Shown here piece by piece: positions 15,760 to 27,580 of a DNA stretch of 64,000 nt. The position numbers were made by a program, and so were the translations under genes. The stretch is taken from the NCBI RefSeq assembly GCF_988243305.1, contig NZ_OZ547136.1; one strand, given 5' to 3'. The first letter of the stretch is position 1, and the number at the start of each line of letters is the position of its first letter. Under the pieces are notes generated by a model, which was not told the origin of the DNA, did no database searches, and was given only the letters and a program-made list of their open reading frames with translations.

Positions 15760-15910
15760 ATTCATCAAGCAATCAGTTAATCACTTGATTTTATTATCGT
15801 CTGGCAATCAGTGCCGCCGTTCGATGCGTTGCATTCTACTTACCTGGCGCGATGAGTCAACGATATTTTTCACCACTTTTGATCGTTTGCTGAAAATTGC
15901 GCCGAAACGA

Positions 15911-16459
15911 TCACTGATCAAGCAAATCTGCACGCGCAGCGCTCAAATATTGCAACATTGACCACAGAGTCAGTACCGCAGCCACAAAGAAAAGTGCAAT
16001 ACCGGCGTACTCAACCCAAATGTTCGGACGCCACAGCAGCCAGGCCAACGCCACCATCTGGGCAGTGGTTTTCACTTTCCCAATCCAGGAGACAGCCACG
16101 CTACTGCGTTTACCCAACTCCGCCATCCATTCACGTAGCGCAGAAATAATAATTTCACGGGCGATCATCGTTGCTGCCGGTAAGGTCACCCACCAGCTGT
16201 GATAATGCTCGGTTACCAGCACCATGGCGATAGCCACGAGAACTTTATCTGCCACAGGGTCAAGGAAAGCACCAAACCGGGTACTCTGGTTCCAGCGGCG
16301 TGCCAGAAAACCATCGAACCAGTCAGTCACCGCCGCGACGCAGAAAATGAGCGCGGCGGCAAACGGCGACCAGGTGACAGGCAGATAAAAGACCAATACA
16401 AAGAATGGGATAAGGATGACACGGAACAGTGTAAGCAACGTAGGGATATTAAATTGCAT
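15911..16459 (-). CDS. pgsA: phosphatidylglycerophosphate synthase
   Basis: 182-aa ORF with CDP-alcohol phosphatidyltransferase motif [11 protein letters not shown]...[10 protein letters not shown]. Confidence 0.95.
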
Positions 16460-16515
16460 AATGACGGGTAACTATCTGTTGTCAGTAAGATTACCCCTAT
16501 GTTGCTACAGAGACA

Positions 16516-18348
16516 TCAATGTTTCAACGACCAGAAGATCTTTTCTGCCAGACCTTGCGAAATACCCGGCACTTTTGCAATTTCCTCAACGCTGGCGTTA
16601 CGTAAACCTTGCAAACCGCCCATATATTTCAACAACATTTGCCGACGTTTTGGCCCGACGCCTTCAATGGTTTCCAGGGAACTGGTATTTTTGACCTTCG
16701 CCCGTTTCTTACGGTGCCCGCCAATCGCGTGATCGTGTGATTCATCGCGAATATGCTGGATAACATGCAGCGCGGGAGAATCTGGCGGCAAAATAAATCC
16801 CTCACCTTCCGGCTCAAAGAACAGCGTTTCCAGCCCAGCCTTACGATCTGCTCCTTTGGCAACGCCAAGAAGCAGCGGATGATTTTTATCCCATGAGACA
16901 TCCAGTTCGGCGAAGACATTTTTCGCCTGCGCAAGCTGGCCTTTGCCGCCGTCAATAAGGATCACATCCGGGATCTTACTGTCGTCGATGGCTTTACCAT
17001 AACGCCGACGCAGCACCTGATTCATCGCCGCATAATCATCGCCCGGCGTGATGCCAGTAATGTTATAGCGCCGATACTCCGCACGCAGCGGGCCGTTAGC
17101 ATCAAACACCACACAGGAAGCGACGGTTTGTTCACCCATGGTATGGCTGATGTCAAAGCACTCCATCCGCTTCACTTCCGGCAATTTCAACACGCTGGCA
17201 AGCGCGGTCAGTCGCTGGTGAACGGTAGATTGCTGCGAAAGTTTGCTGGTTAAGGCCGTCGCCGCATTGGTGCGCGCGAGTTTCAGATAACGCGCCCGAT
17301 CGCCGCGAGGTTTGGTTTGAACATTAATCTTGCGTCCCGCCAGTTCTGAAAGGGAATCGGCGAGCAGCGTTTTATCGCTAAGATTAAAATCGAGCAGGAT
17401 CTCACCCGGTAAGGTGCGCATCTGGCTGCCTTGTAAATAGAACTGACCTACGAAGGTTTCTACCACCTCGCTCAGTTCCGTACCGCCAGGCACTTTCGGG
17501 AAATAGCTGCGGCTGCCGAGCACTTTGCCCTGACGAATGAACAATACATGGACACAAGCCATTCCCGCATCGAACGCCACACCAATAACGTCGAGGTCGT
17601 CGCCGGTATTGGACACAAACTGTTTTTCGGTGACGCGTCGCACCGCCTGAATTTGGTCGCGAATACGTGCCGCTTCTTCAAACTCCAGATTCTGGCTGGC
17701 AGTTTCCATACGGCTAATGAGTTGCGTAAGCACCTGATCATCTTTGCCAGACAAAAACAGGCGCACATACTCGACCTGCTGAGCGTATTCTTCTTCACTC
17801 ACCAGTCCTTCAACGCACGGTCCCAGACAGCGCCCTATCTGATATTGCAGACACGGACGCGAGCGATTGCGATAAACACTATTTTCGCACTGGCGAATGG
17901 GGAATATCTTTTGCAGTAGCGCCAGTGTTTCACGTACGGCATAGCCATTCGGGAACGGGCCGAAATATTCACCTTTAGCATGCTTCGCACCACGATGCAT
18001 CGCCAGACGCGGATGGGTATCGCCACTCAGGAAGATAAAGGGATAAGATTTATCATCGCGTAGCAAAACGTTGTAACGCGGCTGATAGAGTTTGATGTAG
18101 TTGTGTTCCAGCAACAGCGCTTCGGTTTCTGTATGAGTAACCGTTACATCAATTTGCTGGATCTGGGCGACCAGCGCTTCGGTTTTGCGCGAAGCGAGGT
18201 TGCTACGGAAATAGCTGGAAAGCCGTTTTTTCAGGTCTTTCGCTTTGCCGACATAGATAACCGTACCACCAGCATCGTACATGCGATAAACGCCTGGCTG
18301 GCTGGTTACGGTTTTTAAAAACGCTTTTGCGTCAAACTGATCACTCAC
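16516..18348 (-). CDS. uvrC: excinuclease ABC subunit C
   Basis: 610-aa ORF with GIY-YIG N-terminus ([25 protein letters not shown]). Confidence 0.95.
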   Translation of the reverse strand: MSDQFDAKAFLKTVTSQPGVYRMYDAGGTVIYVGKAKDLKKRLSSYFRSNLASRKTEALVAQIQQIDVTVTHTETEALLLEHNYIKLYQPRYNVLLRDDKSYPFIFLSGDTHPRLAMHRGAKHAKGEYFGPFPNGYAVRETLALLQKIFPIRQCENSVYRNRSRPCLQYQIGRCLGPCVEGLVSEEEYAQQVEYVRLFLSGKDDQVLTQLISRMETASQNLEFEEAARIRDQIQAVRRVTEKQFVSNTGDDLDVIGVAFDAGMACVHVLFIRQGKVLGSRSYFPKVPGGTELSEVVETFVGQFYLQGSQMRTLPGEILLDFNLSDKTLLADSLSELAGRKINVQTKPRGDRARYLKLARTNAATALTSKLSQQSTVHQRLTALASVLKLPEVKRMECFDISHTMGEQTVASCVVFDANGPLRAEYRRYNITGITPGDDYAAMNQVLRRRYGKAIDDSKIPDVILIDGGKGQLAQAKNVFAELDVSWDKNHPLLLGVAKGADRKAGLETLFFEPEGEGFILPPDSPALHVIQHIRDESHDHAIGGHRKKRAKVKNTSSLETIEGVGPKRRQMLLKYMGGLQGLRNASVEEIAKVPGISQGLAEKIFWSLKH

Positions 18349-19001
18349 TGACTTGATAATGTCTCCGCATTACACAGACCATGGCGAATTGCCAGGTGAG
18401 TCAGCTCAACATCGCCATGAATGTTTAGTTTACTGAACATACGATAGCGGTAGCTGTTCACCGTTTTCGGACTGAGATTGAGCTGTTCTGAGATCTCATT
18501 GACCTTCTGGCCCTTGGTGATCATCAGCATAATCTGCAATTCACGTTCAGACAAACTGGCAAATGGGCTTTCTGTTTTTTCTGGTTCGATCTGGCTTAAC
18601 GCCATTTGTTGAGCGATGTCAGAAGCAATGTAACGCTGCCCTGAATAGACAGAACGGATCGCACTCACGACTTCCTGCGGAGCCGCGCCTTTGCTGAGGT
18701 AGCCAGCAGCACCGGCCTGCATGACTTTCGCTGGTAAAGGGTTTTCTGTATGGACGGTAAGCATGATGATTTTGACATCAGCTGTGGAACGCGCGATTTT
18801 ACGCGTCGCCTCAAGACCGCCAATGCCCGGCATACTCATGTCCATTAGCACCACGTCAACGGCATTTGCCCGGCACCACTTAACGGCGTCTTCACCGCAC
18901 GATGCCTCTCCGACGACTTTTATACCCTTTATATCTTCCAGAATGCGTCGTATCCCTGCGCGCACCAGTTCGTGGTCATCAACAAGTAGAACGTTGATCA
19001 A
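18345..19001 (-). CDS. uvrY: response regulator UvrY
   Basis: 218-aa [26 protein letters not shown] with C-terminal LuxR-type HTH; 4-nt overlap with uvrC. Confidence 0.95.
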   Translation of the reverse strand: MINVLLVDDHELVRAGIRRILEDIKGIKVVGEASCGEDAVKWCRANAVDVVLMDMSMPGIGGLEATRKIARSTADVKIIMLTVHTENPLPAKVMQAGAAGYLSKGAAPQEVVSAIRSVYSGQRYIASDIAQQMALSQIEPEKTESPFASLSERELQIMLMITKGQKVNEISEQLNLSPKTVNSYRYRMFSKLNIHGDVELTHLAIRHGLCNAETLSSQ

Positions 19002-19459
19002 AGGAATATCTCCAGAAATAGGGATAACGCTACTGATAGTTAGTCATTCGTATATTAGCGGTTTTTATTGCAACTTTGAAACGTTAAAAATGGTGGGTAT
19101 TCGATTTTTCTCTCGTTTTTGTAAATTCGATTGTCCACAGTTATGGTCACGCCCGTCACCAACGGCTTCTGGGATCGTTTCACAGTAAGCCCTACGATGA
19201 AATGTGACAAAAATTGACTTTATTCAGCAAAAATGAAAATCAGCCCGCTGAATATGTAACATTAATTAACCCGAACAATACGGGCAAAAAACATTCATGA
19301 TAAAAATATTTATTGGTCATTATATTAACGTATTTTATAGCACTGCCGATATCACGCTCAAAAAACAACCACTGCTATTTTTAGCAAAGCTTATGGTATA
19401 CTCCGCCGCCTTAACATTTTTCACCGCAAATTTTCATTGCAACATGACGAGGAAAATAA

Positions 19460-19684
19460 ATGAGTACGCCTGATTTTTCTACTGCCGAGAATAATCAAGA
19501 ACTGGCAAATGAAGTCTCCTGCCTGAAAGCGATGCTGACGCTGATGCTGCAGGCGATGGGACAAGCTGACGCGGGCCGCGTGATGTTAAAGATGGAAAAA
19601 CAGCTTGCGCTGATCGAAGACGAAACCCAGGCTGCAGTATTTTCCAAAACGGTTAAGCAAATTAAACAAGCCTACCGTCAGTAA
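19460..19684 (+). CDS. yecF: DUF2594 protein YecF
   Basis: 74-aa [29 protein letters not shown]. Confidence 0.85.
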
Positions 19685-19751
19685 TATAAAACCGGCTGAG
19701 AGCGTGCCTTTCAGCCGGTTTTTGCATCTGGCACGCAGAACAGAAAAGAGA

Positions 19752-20474
19752 TCAAATTAAGCCAGTAGCGGCCGCGTAACAGGCCACCTGGGTCTTATTT
19801 GGTGCATTGATTTTTTTCTGCATGTTTTTCTGATGGAAATTGACCGTATTCTCAGAGATTGACAAAATCATCGCTATCTCTGCTGATGTCTTCCCTTCCG
19901 CCGTCCATTTCAAAATTTCTTTTTCGCGCTTGCTGAAATTCATCTCTGGCGTCATCACTATTTCATCATTTAAACGCATCAGAGCCATCAGACTTTCGCG
20001 CACCAGTAACTGCATTTTTAATTGCAGTTCATCACTAAGAATGGGTATTTCGCGCGTGCTGCAACGGGAAAAGGACAAAAAGCCCAGCGCCCGATTTGGC
20101 AGCATTAAATACTGAGTGACACCGCGGCGTAAACCATGCGCGCGCGCGGCTTCCCATAACGGCTGAGCTTCGCTGAATAAGTCATCATTCCACATTAAAT
20201 GGCCCTGACTAAAGTTTTCAGGGTTCAGCACCGGATCAATTGCGAGAAAGTTTTTTGCCTGATAATAACTAACCCACGCCTCAGGGTAATTGGTGTAGAA
20301 AGCCACTTTAGGTCGCGTGAATGGTACCGGGTGGCGAACACATAACGAATAGTAGTCGTACTCCAGCTGCTGAGCCTGAAGCTCTATTTCATGGTAGACC
20401 TCTTCTGCGGCCTCCATCCTCTGAAAACGCAACAGCATCGTGCGACGCCAGCTGAAAAAATCCGTATCCTGCAT
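19752..20474 (-). CDS. sdiA: LuxR-family quorum-sensing regulator SdiA
   Basis: Start at MQDTDFFSWRRTMLLRFQRME inside the longer ORF; C-terminal LuxR HTH. Confidence 0.95.
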   Translation of the reverse strand: MQDTDFFSWRRTMLLRFQRMEAAEEVYHEIELQAQQLEYDYYSLCVRHPVPFTRPKVAFYTNYPEAWVSYYQAKNFLAIDPVLNPENFSQGHLMWNDDLFSEAQPLWEAARAHGLRRGVTQYLMLPNRALGFLSFSRCSTREIPILSDELQLKMQLLVRESLMALMRLNDEIVMTPEMNFSKREKEILKWTAEGKTSAEIAMILSISENTVNFHQKNMQKKINAPNKTQVACYAAATGLI

Positions 20475-20703
20475 AGTAAACCGCAACGCCCCTGAGAGTG
20501 AGTATCATTTATAATGATAATTCAAACTATCACATAAATAAGATTTATATATAATTTATATTATTCAGGCAATGAATTACTTTTGCAAGCCATCGCATTC
20601 TCTTATGTTATTAATGAGTTATGCTGATTTATTAAGCACTTTTATTACGCTTGAAATGGCGTCCCGCCCCGACAGGTGAATCGTCGGGGCTGATTTTTTC
20701 TTA

Positions 20704-21456
20704 TTATTGCAGCAGAAACTTCTCGAGGAACTGGCGGGTGCGAGGCTGCTCGGGATCTGCAAATAACGCTTTTGCGGCCCCCTGCTCGACTATCCGCCCC
20801 TGGTCCATAAAGATCGCCCGGTCCGCAACATCCCGGGCAAAGCTCATTTCGTGCGTCACAATCACCATCGTGCGCTTTTCCTGCGCCAGCTGGCGGATGG
20901 TGTTCAGGACTTCGCCCACCAGCTCTGGATCCAGCGCCGACGTTGGCTCGTCAAACAAAATCACTTCAGGACGCATAGCCAGCGCTCGCGCAATCGCGAC
21001 ACGCTGCTGTTGACCGCCAGACAAACGACGTGGATAGCTGGTTTCTTTACCTGCCAGCCCAACTTTCGCCAACAGCTCGCGAGCGCGCACCGTGGCCTCT
21101 TCTTTCGGTTCGCCTTTGACGATCACCGGCCCTTCAATAATGTTCTCCAGCACCGTACGATGCGGAAACAAATTAAAGTTCTGGAAGACAAACCCGACGT
21201 GCTGACGCAACTGGCGAATCAGCGATTTTTGCTGACTTAATGAACGTGCAGTATCAATAGTGATATCGCCAACGGTGATGGTTCCCGCTTCCGGTTGTTC
21301 CAGCAGATTTATGCTGCGTAGCAACGTGGTTTTGCCGGAACCACTCGGACCGATAATTGCCACTACTTCGCCAGGCTTTACCTCGAGGTCGATACCGTGC
21401 AGCACCGTCTGACCGTGAAATTTTTTCACCAGGTTCTTAACTTCAATGGCACTCAT
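20704..21456 (-). CDS. tcyN: L-cystine ABC transporter ATP-binding protein
   Basis: 250-aa ABC ATPase, Walker A GPSGSGKTT, signature LSGGQQQR. Confidence 0.9.
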   Translation of the reverse strand: MSAIEVKNLVKKFHGQTVLHGIDLEVKPGEVVAIIGPSGSGKTTLLRSINLLEQPEAGTITVGDITIDTARSLSQQKSLIRQLRQHVGFVFQNFNLFPHRTVLENIIEGPVIVKGEPKEEATVRARELLAKVGLAGKETSYPRRLSGGQQQRVAIARALAMRPEVILFDEPTSALDPELVGEVLNTIRQLAQEKRTMVIVTHEMSFARDVADRAIFMDQGRIVEQGAAKALFADPEQPRTRQFLEKFLLQ

Positions 21457-22121
21457 TTTGGTTCTCTCTCCTGGCGATTAAGTTGATTCTCAAAATGGTT
21501 CTGCAACGTCGATAACACTGTCGCCATGATCCAGTAGATGAGCGAAGCCGCCAGATACATGGTGAACACCTCCAGCGTACGCGAGGTAATCAACTGCGCC
21601 TGACGGAACAGCTCCGGCACCTGGATTGTCGCGGCCAGCGACGTATCTTTTACCAGGCTGATAAAGCTGTTCGACAGCGGCGGCAACGCCACCCGCGCCG
21701 CCTGTGGCAAAATCGCGCGACGCATGGTCTGCCATGGCGTCATACCAATACTGGCAGCAGCTTCCCACTGACCTTTATCAATAGAAGAAATGGCGGCGCG
21801 CAGCGTTTCGGCAGCATAGGCGGCAGTGTTTAGCGACAGACCAATCATTGCTGACGGAATGGGATCTAGTTCGATGCCAAACTGCGGCAGGCCGTAATAG
21901 ATCATAAACAGTTGTGCGATGAGTGGCGTACCACGAAAAATAGAGATATAAAAACGCGCCAGCCAGCGCACGGGCCAGATTGGTGAAAGGCGCATCAGCG
22001 CGAGAATAAACCCTAGCAGTAAGCCAAAAAACATGCCGCCGATACTGAGTTGCAGCGTATACCCAGCCCCTTTCAGCAGGAACGGCAAGGAATCAATAAC
22101 CAGTTGTATACTTTCTTGCAT
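21453..22121 (-). CDS. tcyL: L-cystine ABC transporter permease
   Basis: 222-aa polar amino-acid ABC permease; 4-nt overlap with tcyN. Confidence 0.9.
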   Translation of the reverse strand: MQESIQLVIDSLPFLLKGAGYTLQLSIGGMFFGLLLGFILALMRLSPIWPVRWLARFYISIFRGTPLIAQLFMIYYGLPQFGIELDPIPSAMIGLSLNTAAYAAETLRAAISSIDKGQWEAAASIGMTPWQTMRRAILPQAARVALPPLSNSFISLVKDTSLAATIQVPELFRQAQLITSRTLEVFTMYLAASLIYWIMATVLSTLQNHFENQLNRQEREPK

Positions 22122-22135
22122 GAGCGTTTCCGGAG

Positions 22136-23288
<1,153 letters not shown>

Positions 23289-23489
23289 GACAGGATTTCC
23301 TTGTGTATGTGGGGTGCTCTGTGGCGCTCTGAGATGTGATTTGATTGAGGGTTTTACAGCGCGGACATTTAACTTCCAGATAACTGAAGCTGGCTCGTGC
23401 CAGTAGCTTGTTACAATGTCGGCACCGTATGTTTCGATACATGGCCGCATAACCTCCTGCTTTGTTGTTGATATCTTTATCACTCAATC

Positions 23490-23506
23490 GATCGACAAAA
23501 ACGATC
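23490..23506 (-). promoter_or_regulatory. pair of GATC (Dam) sites upstream of com-mom
   Basis: Two GATC 13 bp apart within CAATCGATCGACAAAAACGATCGATT; by analogy to the Dam/OxyR-controlled Mu mom promoter. Confidence 0.3.
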
Positions 23507-23698
23507 GATTTGATTTATTTAATTGATACAACAAATAACACGAAATGTCATTAGCGAAAATTTATGAGTTTGATCACTAATTTTAAACGGTGCTGTAACG
23601 CATAAGTGCTGAATGATTGTACATTTGAATACCGCAAAGCAAACAAATCAACTAATTTATAGAAGTCAATTGGTTAATTGCCAGCGTAAGAGGCTGCT

Positions 23699-23992
23699 AT
23701 GGACAATCATGTAACGACGAGAAATCGAAAAATGATTGAAAATGCGGAAATCTATAATGATTATTTTTCCGATTATTCAGATGCCTGCAAATACAGTTCG
23801 AGTGCGGGAGAGTTCATATGCTTCAACTTTTTTATTAAATCTTATGTTTTTCCTCCACAGCAAGAAGATGGAGGTGTGCCACCTCCTGAAATCACTTTGC
23901 ACCGTATAGCCTCCGTCTCAATGATGGAGCAACAGGCTAATGAGCTGTATAGCATTCTGGGAACGATTCTACAAAAGCGTGAATCGGACTAA
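23699..23992 (+). CDS. hypothetical protein (97 aa), opposite-strand cargo gene
   Basis: ORF with AAGAGG SD 6 nt before ATG in an AT-rich segment; plus-strand hairpin plus T-rich tract at ~24128-24160. Confidence 0.45.
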   Translation: MDNHVTTRNRKMIENAEIYNDYFSDYSDACKYSSSAGEFICFNFFIKSYVFPPQQEDGGVPPPEITLHRIASVSMMEQQANELYSILGTILQKRESD

Positions 23993-24159
23993 TGATACCG
24001 GTTCATTTGCCTGCCCGGATGGGGAAGCAGGATTGACTGCTCCATAAGCAGCTATATTTCTGAATACGAAATACTATCCAGCGATTACATATGGCTGGAT
24101 AGCGGCAAAGATGTTTTCATTAGTGTCAAACCGGCAGAGGACACCACCGGTTTGTATTG

Positions 24160-24414
24160 TTACATCATGGTACTGTCAGTTCCGGGCTGAGCCGGGTCTG
24201 GTTGCTCTGGCTGCGCGTCGGTTTTCGGCTCATTATCAGCATCACTGGCCGCAACTGCTGGCCCAATAAGTTTTGCCAGCACTTCATCAACGTAAGTGTC
24301 GATTTGTGCCTCAAAATCCTTGCGGACCTGCGCTTTCAGCAACTTATTTACTTCACCGGAATACAGTGCCTGTTTTACCAGGTCTTCAGTGACGGTGCCT
24401 TTAATTTCTGGCAT
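24160..24414 (-). CDS. hypothetical protein (84 aa, acidic Pro-rich C-terminus)
   Basis: ORF MPEIKGTVTEDLVKQALYSGEVNKLLKAQVRKDF...; third gene of esterase block. Confidence 0.45.
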   Translation of the reverse strand: MPEIKGTVTEDLVKQALYSGEVNKLLKAQVRKDFEAQIDTYVDEVLAKLIGPAVAASDADNEPKTDAQPEQPDPAQPGTDSTMM

Positions 24415-24449
24415 GTATATCCTCCTTATGCGGGAATAAAGCCCTGCAA

Positions 24450-24632
24450 TCAGGGCTGGGTCGGGTCTTTTGGGAGCGGAGTTACCTGCGCTGTTTTACT
24501 GAGTTTTTCAGCTGCTGCGTCCTCAATTTTGCGGCGAACATAATTTCTGATGGCCTTATAACCACCACTCACCAGATATAACGCACATACTGCCGTGCAG
24601 AAATACAATAAAATAAGCTGTAAAAATGTCAT
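24450..24632 (-). CDS. small membrane protein (60 aa, one N-terminal TM helix)
   Basis: Start at second Met with GGGAGGG SD: MTFLQLILLYFCTAVCALYLVSGGYKAIRNYVRRK. Confidence 0.5.
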   Translation of the reverse strand: MTFLQLILLYFCTAVCALYLVSGGYKAIRNYVRRKIEDAAAEKLSKTAQVTPLPKDPTQP

Positions 24633-24776
24633 TATCCCTCCCAATTATTGACATGGTGTTGACACCGGTAATATCTGTTAGGTAAAAAGGTGCACTGCAT
24701 TTTTTGCTTTGGATATAACGATCTTTTTGCCGCCGGTTTCTTGTTTTCCCTTACCGGCGGCATTTTTTTATCCTGC

Positions 24777-26831
24777 TTACGCGTTATTCACTTCCACCAC
24801 GATACTGTCAATCAGTACCGGGTAAGTCGCATTTTTAGTGATATCGGTCACGCGCAACTTGTCTGCCGTAAACGTGCCGACCGGAGACTGCGACAGCATG
24901 AATGGTGTCCCGTCCTTACCATCAATGACCGGCGTCACCTCAATACTGTTGTTACCGGCAAAACGGAAGCCCAGCGTATGCCATTCGTTATTAAATGCGC
25001 CGAATGACCCCAGCTTCGTGTTCTGCGCCGTGTTTCCTTTGTGATACATCACGTTAAGGTCTGTGGCATCGCTCTGTACGTAGAACGATGCCAGCAGGTT
25101 ATGACCGGCATTTCCTTCCAGAGTAACCCCTTGCGGCAGGGCAGAAACCGGCCAGTACAGCGCCAGTGCGTACTGATTAGCCGTAAGCGCGCCATCGAGT
25201 TTAAAACGACAACTGACAAGACCACCTTTACCCAGCAGGTCCGCACCATTACCAGCATCATGCTCAAGGTACCAGGGGGCTCTTCCTGTTTCCTTGGTCA
25301 GTTTCATTGCCTTACCCCCGCTGGCTCCGGCATCATCCACGATTTGAGCCTTGCCACCTCCGGCAGCCCAACCCTGTGGTGTCAACCGTCCTTCAGACTC
25401 AGATGCCCGGTAAGCAAATAGCGTACTCATCGTCGTGGTGTCTGCGGGTGGCGTGGACGGTTTTGATGGTGTATCAGGTGACGGCTTCTCATCCGGTGGT
25501 GTCACGGTCTGCCCGCGCATCAGTTCAGCCGTGCGCCCTGCATGGAGCATAATAGCTGAGGCCAGACGGTCTGAAATGACGCCCCTGCGTGCCCATGAGC
25601 TGAAATGGCTGTCACGCTGTGTCGAAACAAAACTGCCCTGGGTTCGGGATGCTGCACCGTAATACCCGACAGCCACAATATCCGGGTCTTCCGCCGGAGC
25701 ATTCGTTGGCGTGCTCTGTCCATTCTCATCCGTCAGGAACGGTACAAAGAAAATTTTCTGTGCTTCCTTGCCTTTGTAGCCACCGTATACTGCCTCATAT
25801 TTATCGGTGCCAGCGTTTTTCCAGTAATACGTGGTATCACCGCAAATCCACGGCACCGTGGTGGCATTTCCACTCACGCACTGCGCAGCAAGCGGAGCCA
25901 GGTCAGTTCTGAACTGCTGAACCATGGCCGTGAATAAACTATTATGCTGCTGGCTTCCTGAGGCAAGGTCTGCCTCTCCCTGCATCCAGACCACAGCCAG
26001 AAGTTTGTTTTTCGGGTTTTTCGCCAGCGCGACTTTGGTGCGGCTTACCAGGTCCTGATACAGAGGTTTACCGGCCCCCCAGCGTGAAGAATCAGCGGAA
26101 GCACCGCTGGCCTCACTGAATGAGCCGTCGGCTCCAGTGGTGAATGCTGACCCGCCACGACAACAGGGCACCAGAAGTATCCCGGCATTCTGTGGGATAT
26201 AGGGAAGCAGTTTTTTGGCAATATGCAACCCCTGACCGACAGTCCCGTACTGGCCTTTTGCCAGATCAGCTTTCGGGTGGTTTATCCCGCTCATATCCTG
26301 AACATCATGCAGGCAGTGGTCTGCCGGAATGATGTCGTTGTATGTACACGACGTACCGTTGGGCGTTACCGCACTGCGGCGTGCCAGTTGCTTAATGCGT
26401 GGGTCCGGGCGGTCAAACGAATCCGGTAACGGCAGCCCCTCGCCGTAGGCCATGCCATTTGACTGACCCGCGAGAATGACAACAAAGTAATATTCCGGCT
26501 CTGAACTGCTGCCATTCGTGCTACCGGAAGGCCCGGCGTTATCCGGTGCATTCCAGTCGGAGGGCGTGAGCGTTCCGGCCACGTCAGATGTGATTGGAAT
26601 GATGCCAGTCACGCCTGAACTGGTGATTTCTGCACTGGGATTACCGGATACCGGCATTACCCATAATGGCTCTTTCGTGCTGAAGCGGATCACGCAGTCT
26701 GCGAAGGTGATCCCCCCTTTATTACCCGAAGGGCGGAAAGGGCTTTCAATAAATGCCACCGTGCCACCGGCAACCTTGACTGAAAACTCTCCGGGCATGG
26801 CGGAGAGCATTTTCCACTTGGAGTCTGACAT
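24777..26831 (-). CDS. prophage-encoded SGNH/SASA-family sialate O-acetylesterase-like protein (NanS-p-like) with C-terminal lectin-like domain
   Basis: 684-aa ORF; catalytic block YYFVVILAGQSNGMAYGEGLPLPD, VPCCRGGSAFT, AVVWMQGEADL, RDSHFS resembling E. coli NanS; Pro/Thr linker then ~190-aa beta-rich C-terminal domain. Confidence 0.75.
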   Translation of the reverse strand: MSDSKWKMLSAMPGEFSVKVAGGTVAFIESPFRPSGNKGGITFADCVIRFSTKEPLWVMPVSGNPSAEITSSGVTGIIPITSDVAGTLTPSDWNAPDNAGPSGSTNGSSSEPEYYFVVILAGQSNGMAYGEGLPLPDSFDRPDPRIKQLARRSAVTPNGTSCTYNDIIPADHCLHDVQDMSGINHPKADLAKGQYGTVGQGLHIAKKLLPYIPQNAGILLVPCCRGGSAFTTGADGSFSEASGASADSSRWGAGKPLYQDLVSRTKVALAKNPKNKLLAVVWMQGEADLASGSQQHNSLFTAMVQQFRTDLAPLAAQCVSGNATTVPWICGDTTYYWKNAGTDKYEAVYGGYKGKEAQKIFFVPFLTDENGQSTPTNAPAEDPDIVAVGYYGAASRTQGSFVSTQRDSHFSSWARRGVISDRLASAIMLHAGRTAELMRGQTVTPPDEKPSPDTPSKPSTPPADTTTMSTLFAYRASESEGRLTPQGWAAGGGKAQIVDDAGASGGKAMKLTKETGRAPWYLEHDAGNGADLLGKGGLVSCRFKLDGALTANQYALALYWPVSALPQGVTLEGNAGHNLLASFYVQSDATDLNVMYHKGNTAQNTKLGSFGAFNNEWHTLGFRFAGNNSIEVTPVIDGKDGTPFMLSQSPVGTFTADKLRVTDITKNATYPVLIDSIVVEVNNA

Positions 26832-26900
26832 CGTCTTTTCTGCCTGTTTCTGAATTAAACAGAGTCAGAATAGCGACCGCTGAAAAATATGTGTTTTGCG

Positions 26901-26937
26901 GAAATTCAAAAAAGCGTCACGGTACTTTTGGTGACGG
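26901..26937 (-). terminator. rho-independent terminator at gin 3' end
   Basis: Minus strand reads CCGTCACC-AAAAGTACC-GTGACG followed by CTTTTTTGAATTT; stem includes gin stop codon. Confidence 0.45.
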
Positions 26938-27489
26938 AGCTGGTGAGGCAGGAAAATAACGATAAAGGGTGGAAAGGCCAATATCAAATATCAGTGCGAT
27001 TTGTTTACGGGACTCGCCATTAGCCAGCAAACGGGCGATTTGCTCCCGCTCTTTCTCTGTCAGTTTCTGAGGTCTGCCGCCATGACGCCCCTGAGCACGG
27101 GCAGCAGCAAGACCCGCGCGTGTACGTTCAATAATGAGTTCCCGCTCCATTTCCGCCAGCGCGCCCATTATATGGAAAAAGAAACGTCCCATGGGAGTGG
27201 ATGTATCAATATTGTCCGTAATGCTGCGGAAGTTAACGCCGCGTTGCCGGAGTTCTTCTGTTAAAAGGACAAGGTGCTGCATACTGCGTCCAAGGCGATC
27301 CAGTTTCCAGACCAGCAGGGTATCCCCTGGCCGGAGTCGCTTTAATGCGCGTTTAAGTCCGGGACGCTCCCTTGTCTTACCGCTTATTCTATCTTCGAAA
27401 AACAGCTCACATCCTGCACATTCCAGCGCATTTCTTTGTAGCGCCGTATTCTGGTCATTTGTTGACACCCTGATATACCCAATCAGCAT
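26917..27489 (-). CDS. gin: Gin/Hin/Pin-family serine DNA invertase
   Basis: MLIGYIRVSTNDQNTALQRNALECAGCELFFEDRISGKTRERPGLKRALKRL... closely matches Mu Gin. Confidence 0.85.
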   Translation of the reverse strand: MLIGYIRVSTNDQNTALQRNALECAGCELFFEDRISGKTRERPGLKRALKRLRPGDTLLVWKLDRLGRSMQHLVLLTEELRQRGVNFRSITDNIDTSTPMGRFFFHIMGALAEMERELIIERTRAGLAAARAQGRHGGRPQKLTEKEREQIARLLANGESRKQIALIFDIGLSTLYRYFPASPAPSPKVP

Positions 27490-27554
27490 ACGATTTCCTT
27501 ATTATAAAAAGCCGGAATTGTCGCATGAGGAATAAAACAGAGTTAATCCTGGCT

Positions 27555-27580
27555 TTCCTGAAAACCTCGGTTTACGGGAA
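27555..27580. other. gix-like recombination site (left)
   Basis: TTCCTGAAAACC-TC-GGTTTACGGGAA resembles gix/hix consensus. Confidence 0.6.

Noticed and set aside
20670-20703. GC hairpin plus T-run at the tcyN 3' end as tcyN terminator
   Set aside because: The T-run follows the stem on the plus strand only, whereas tcyN is on the minus strand; it may act bidirectionally but the orientation is wrong for a confident call.
24157-24543. 128-aa plus-strand ORF overlapping the two small minus-strand genes
   Set aside because: The minus-strand ORFs have strong ribosome binding sites and are co-oriented with the esterase; the plus-strand frame looks like an antisense artefact, though this is not proven.
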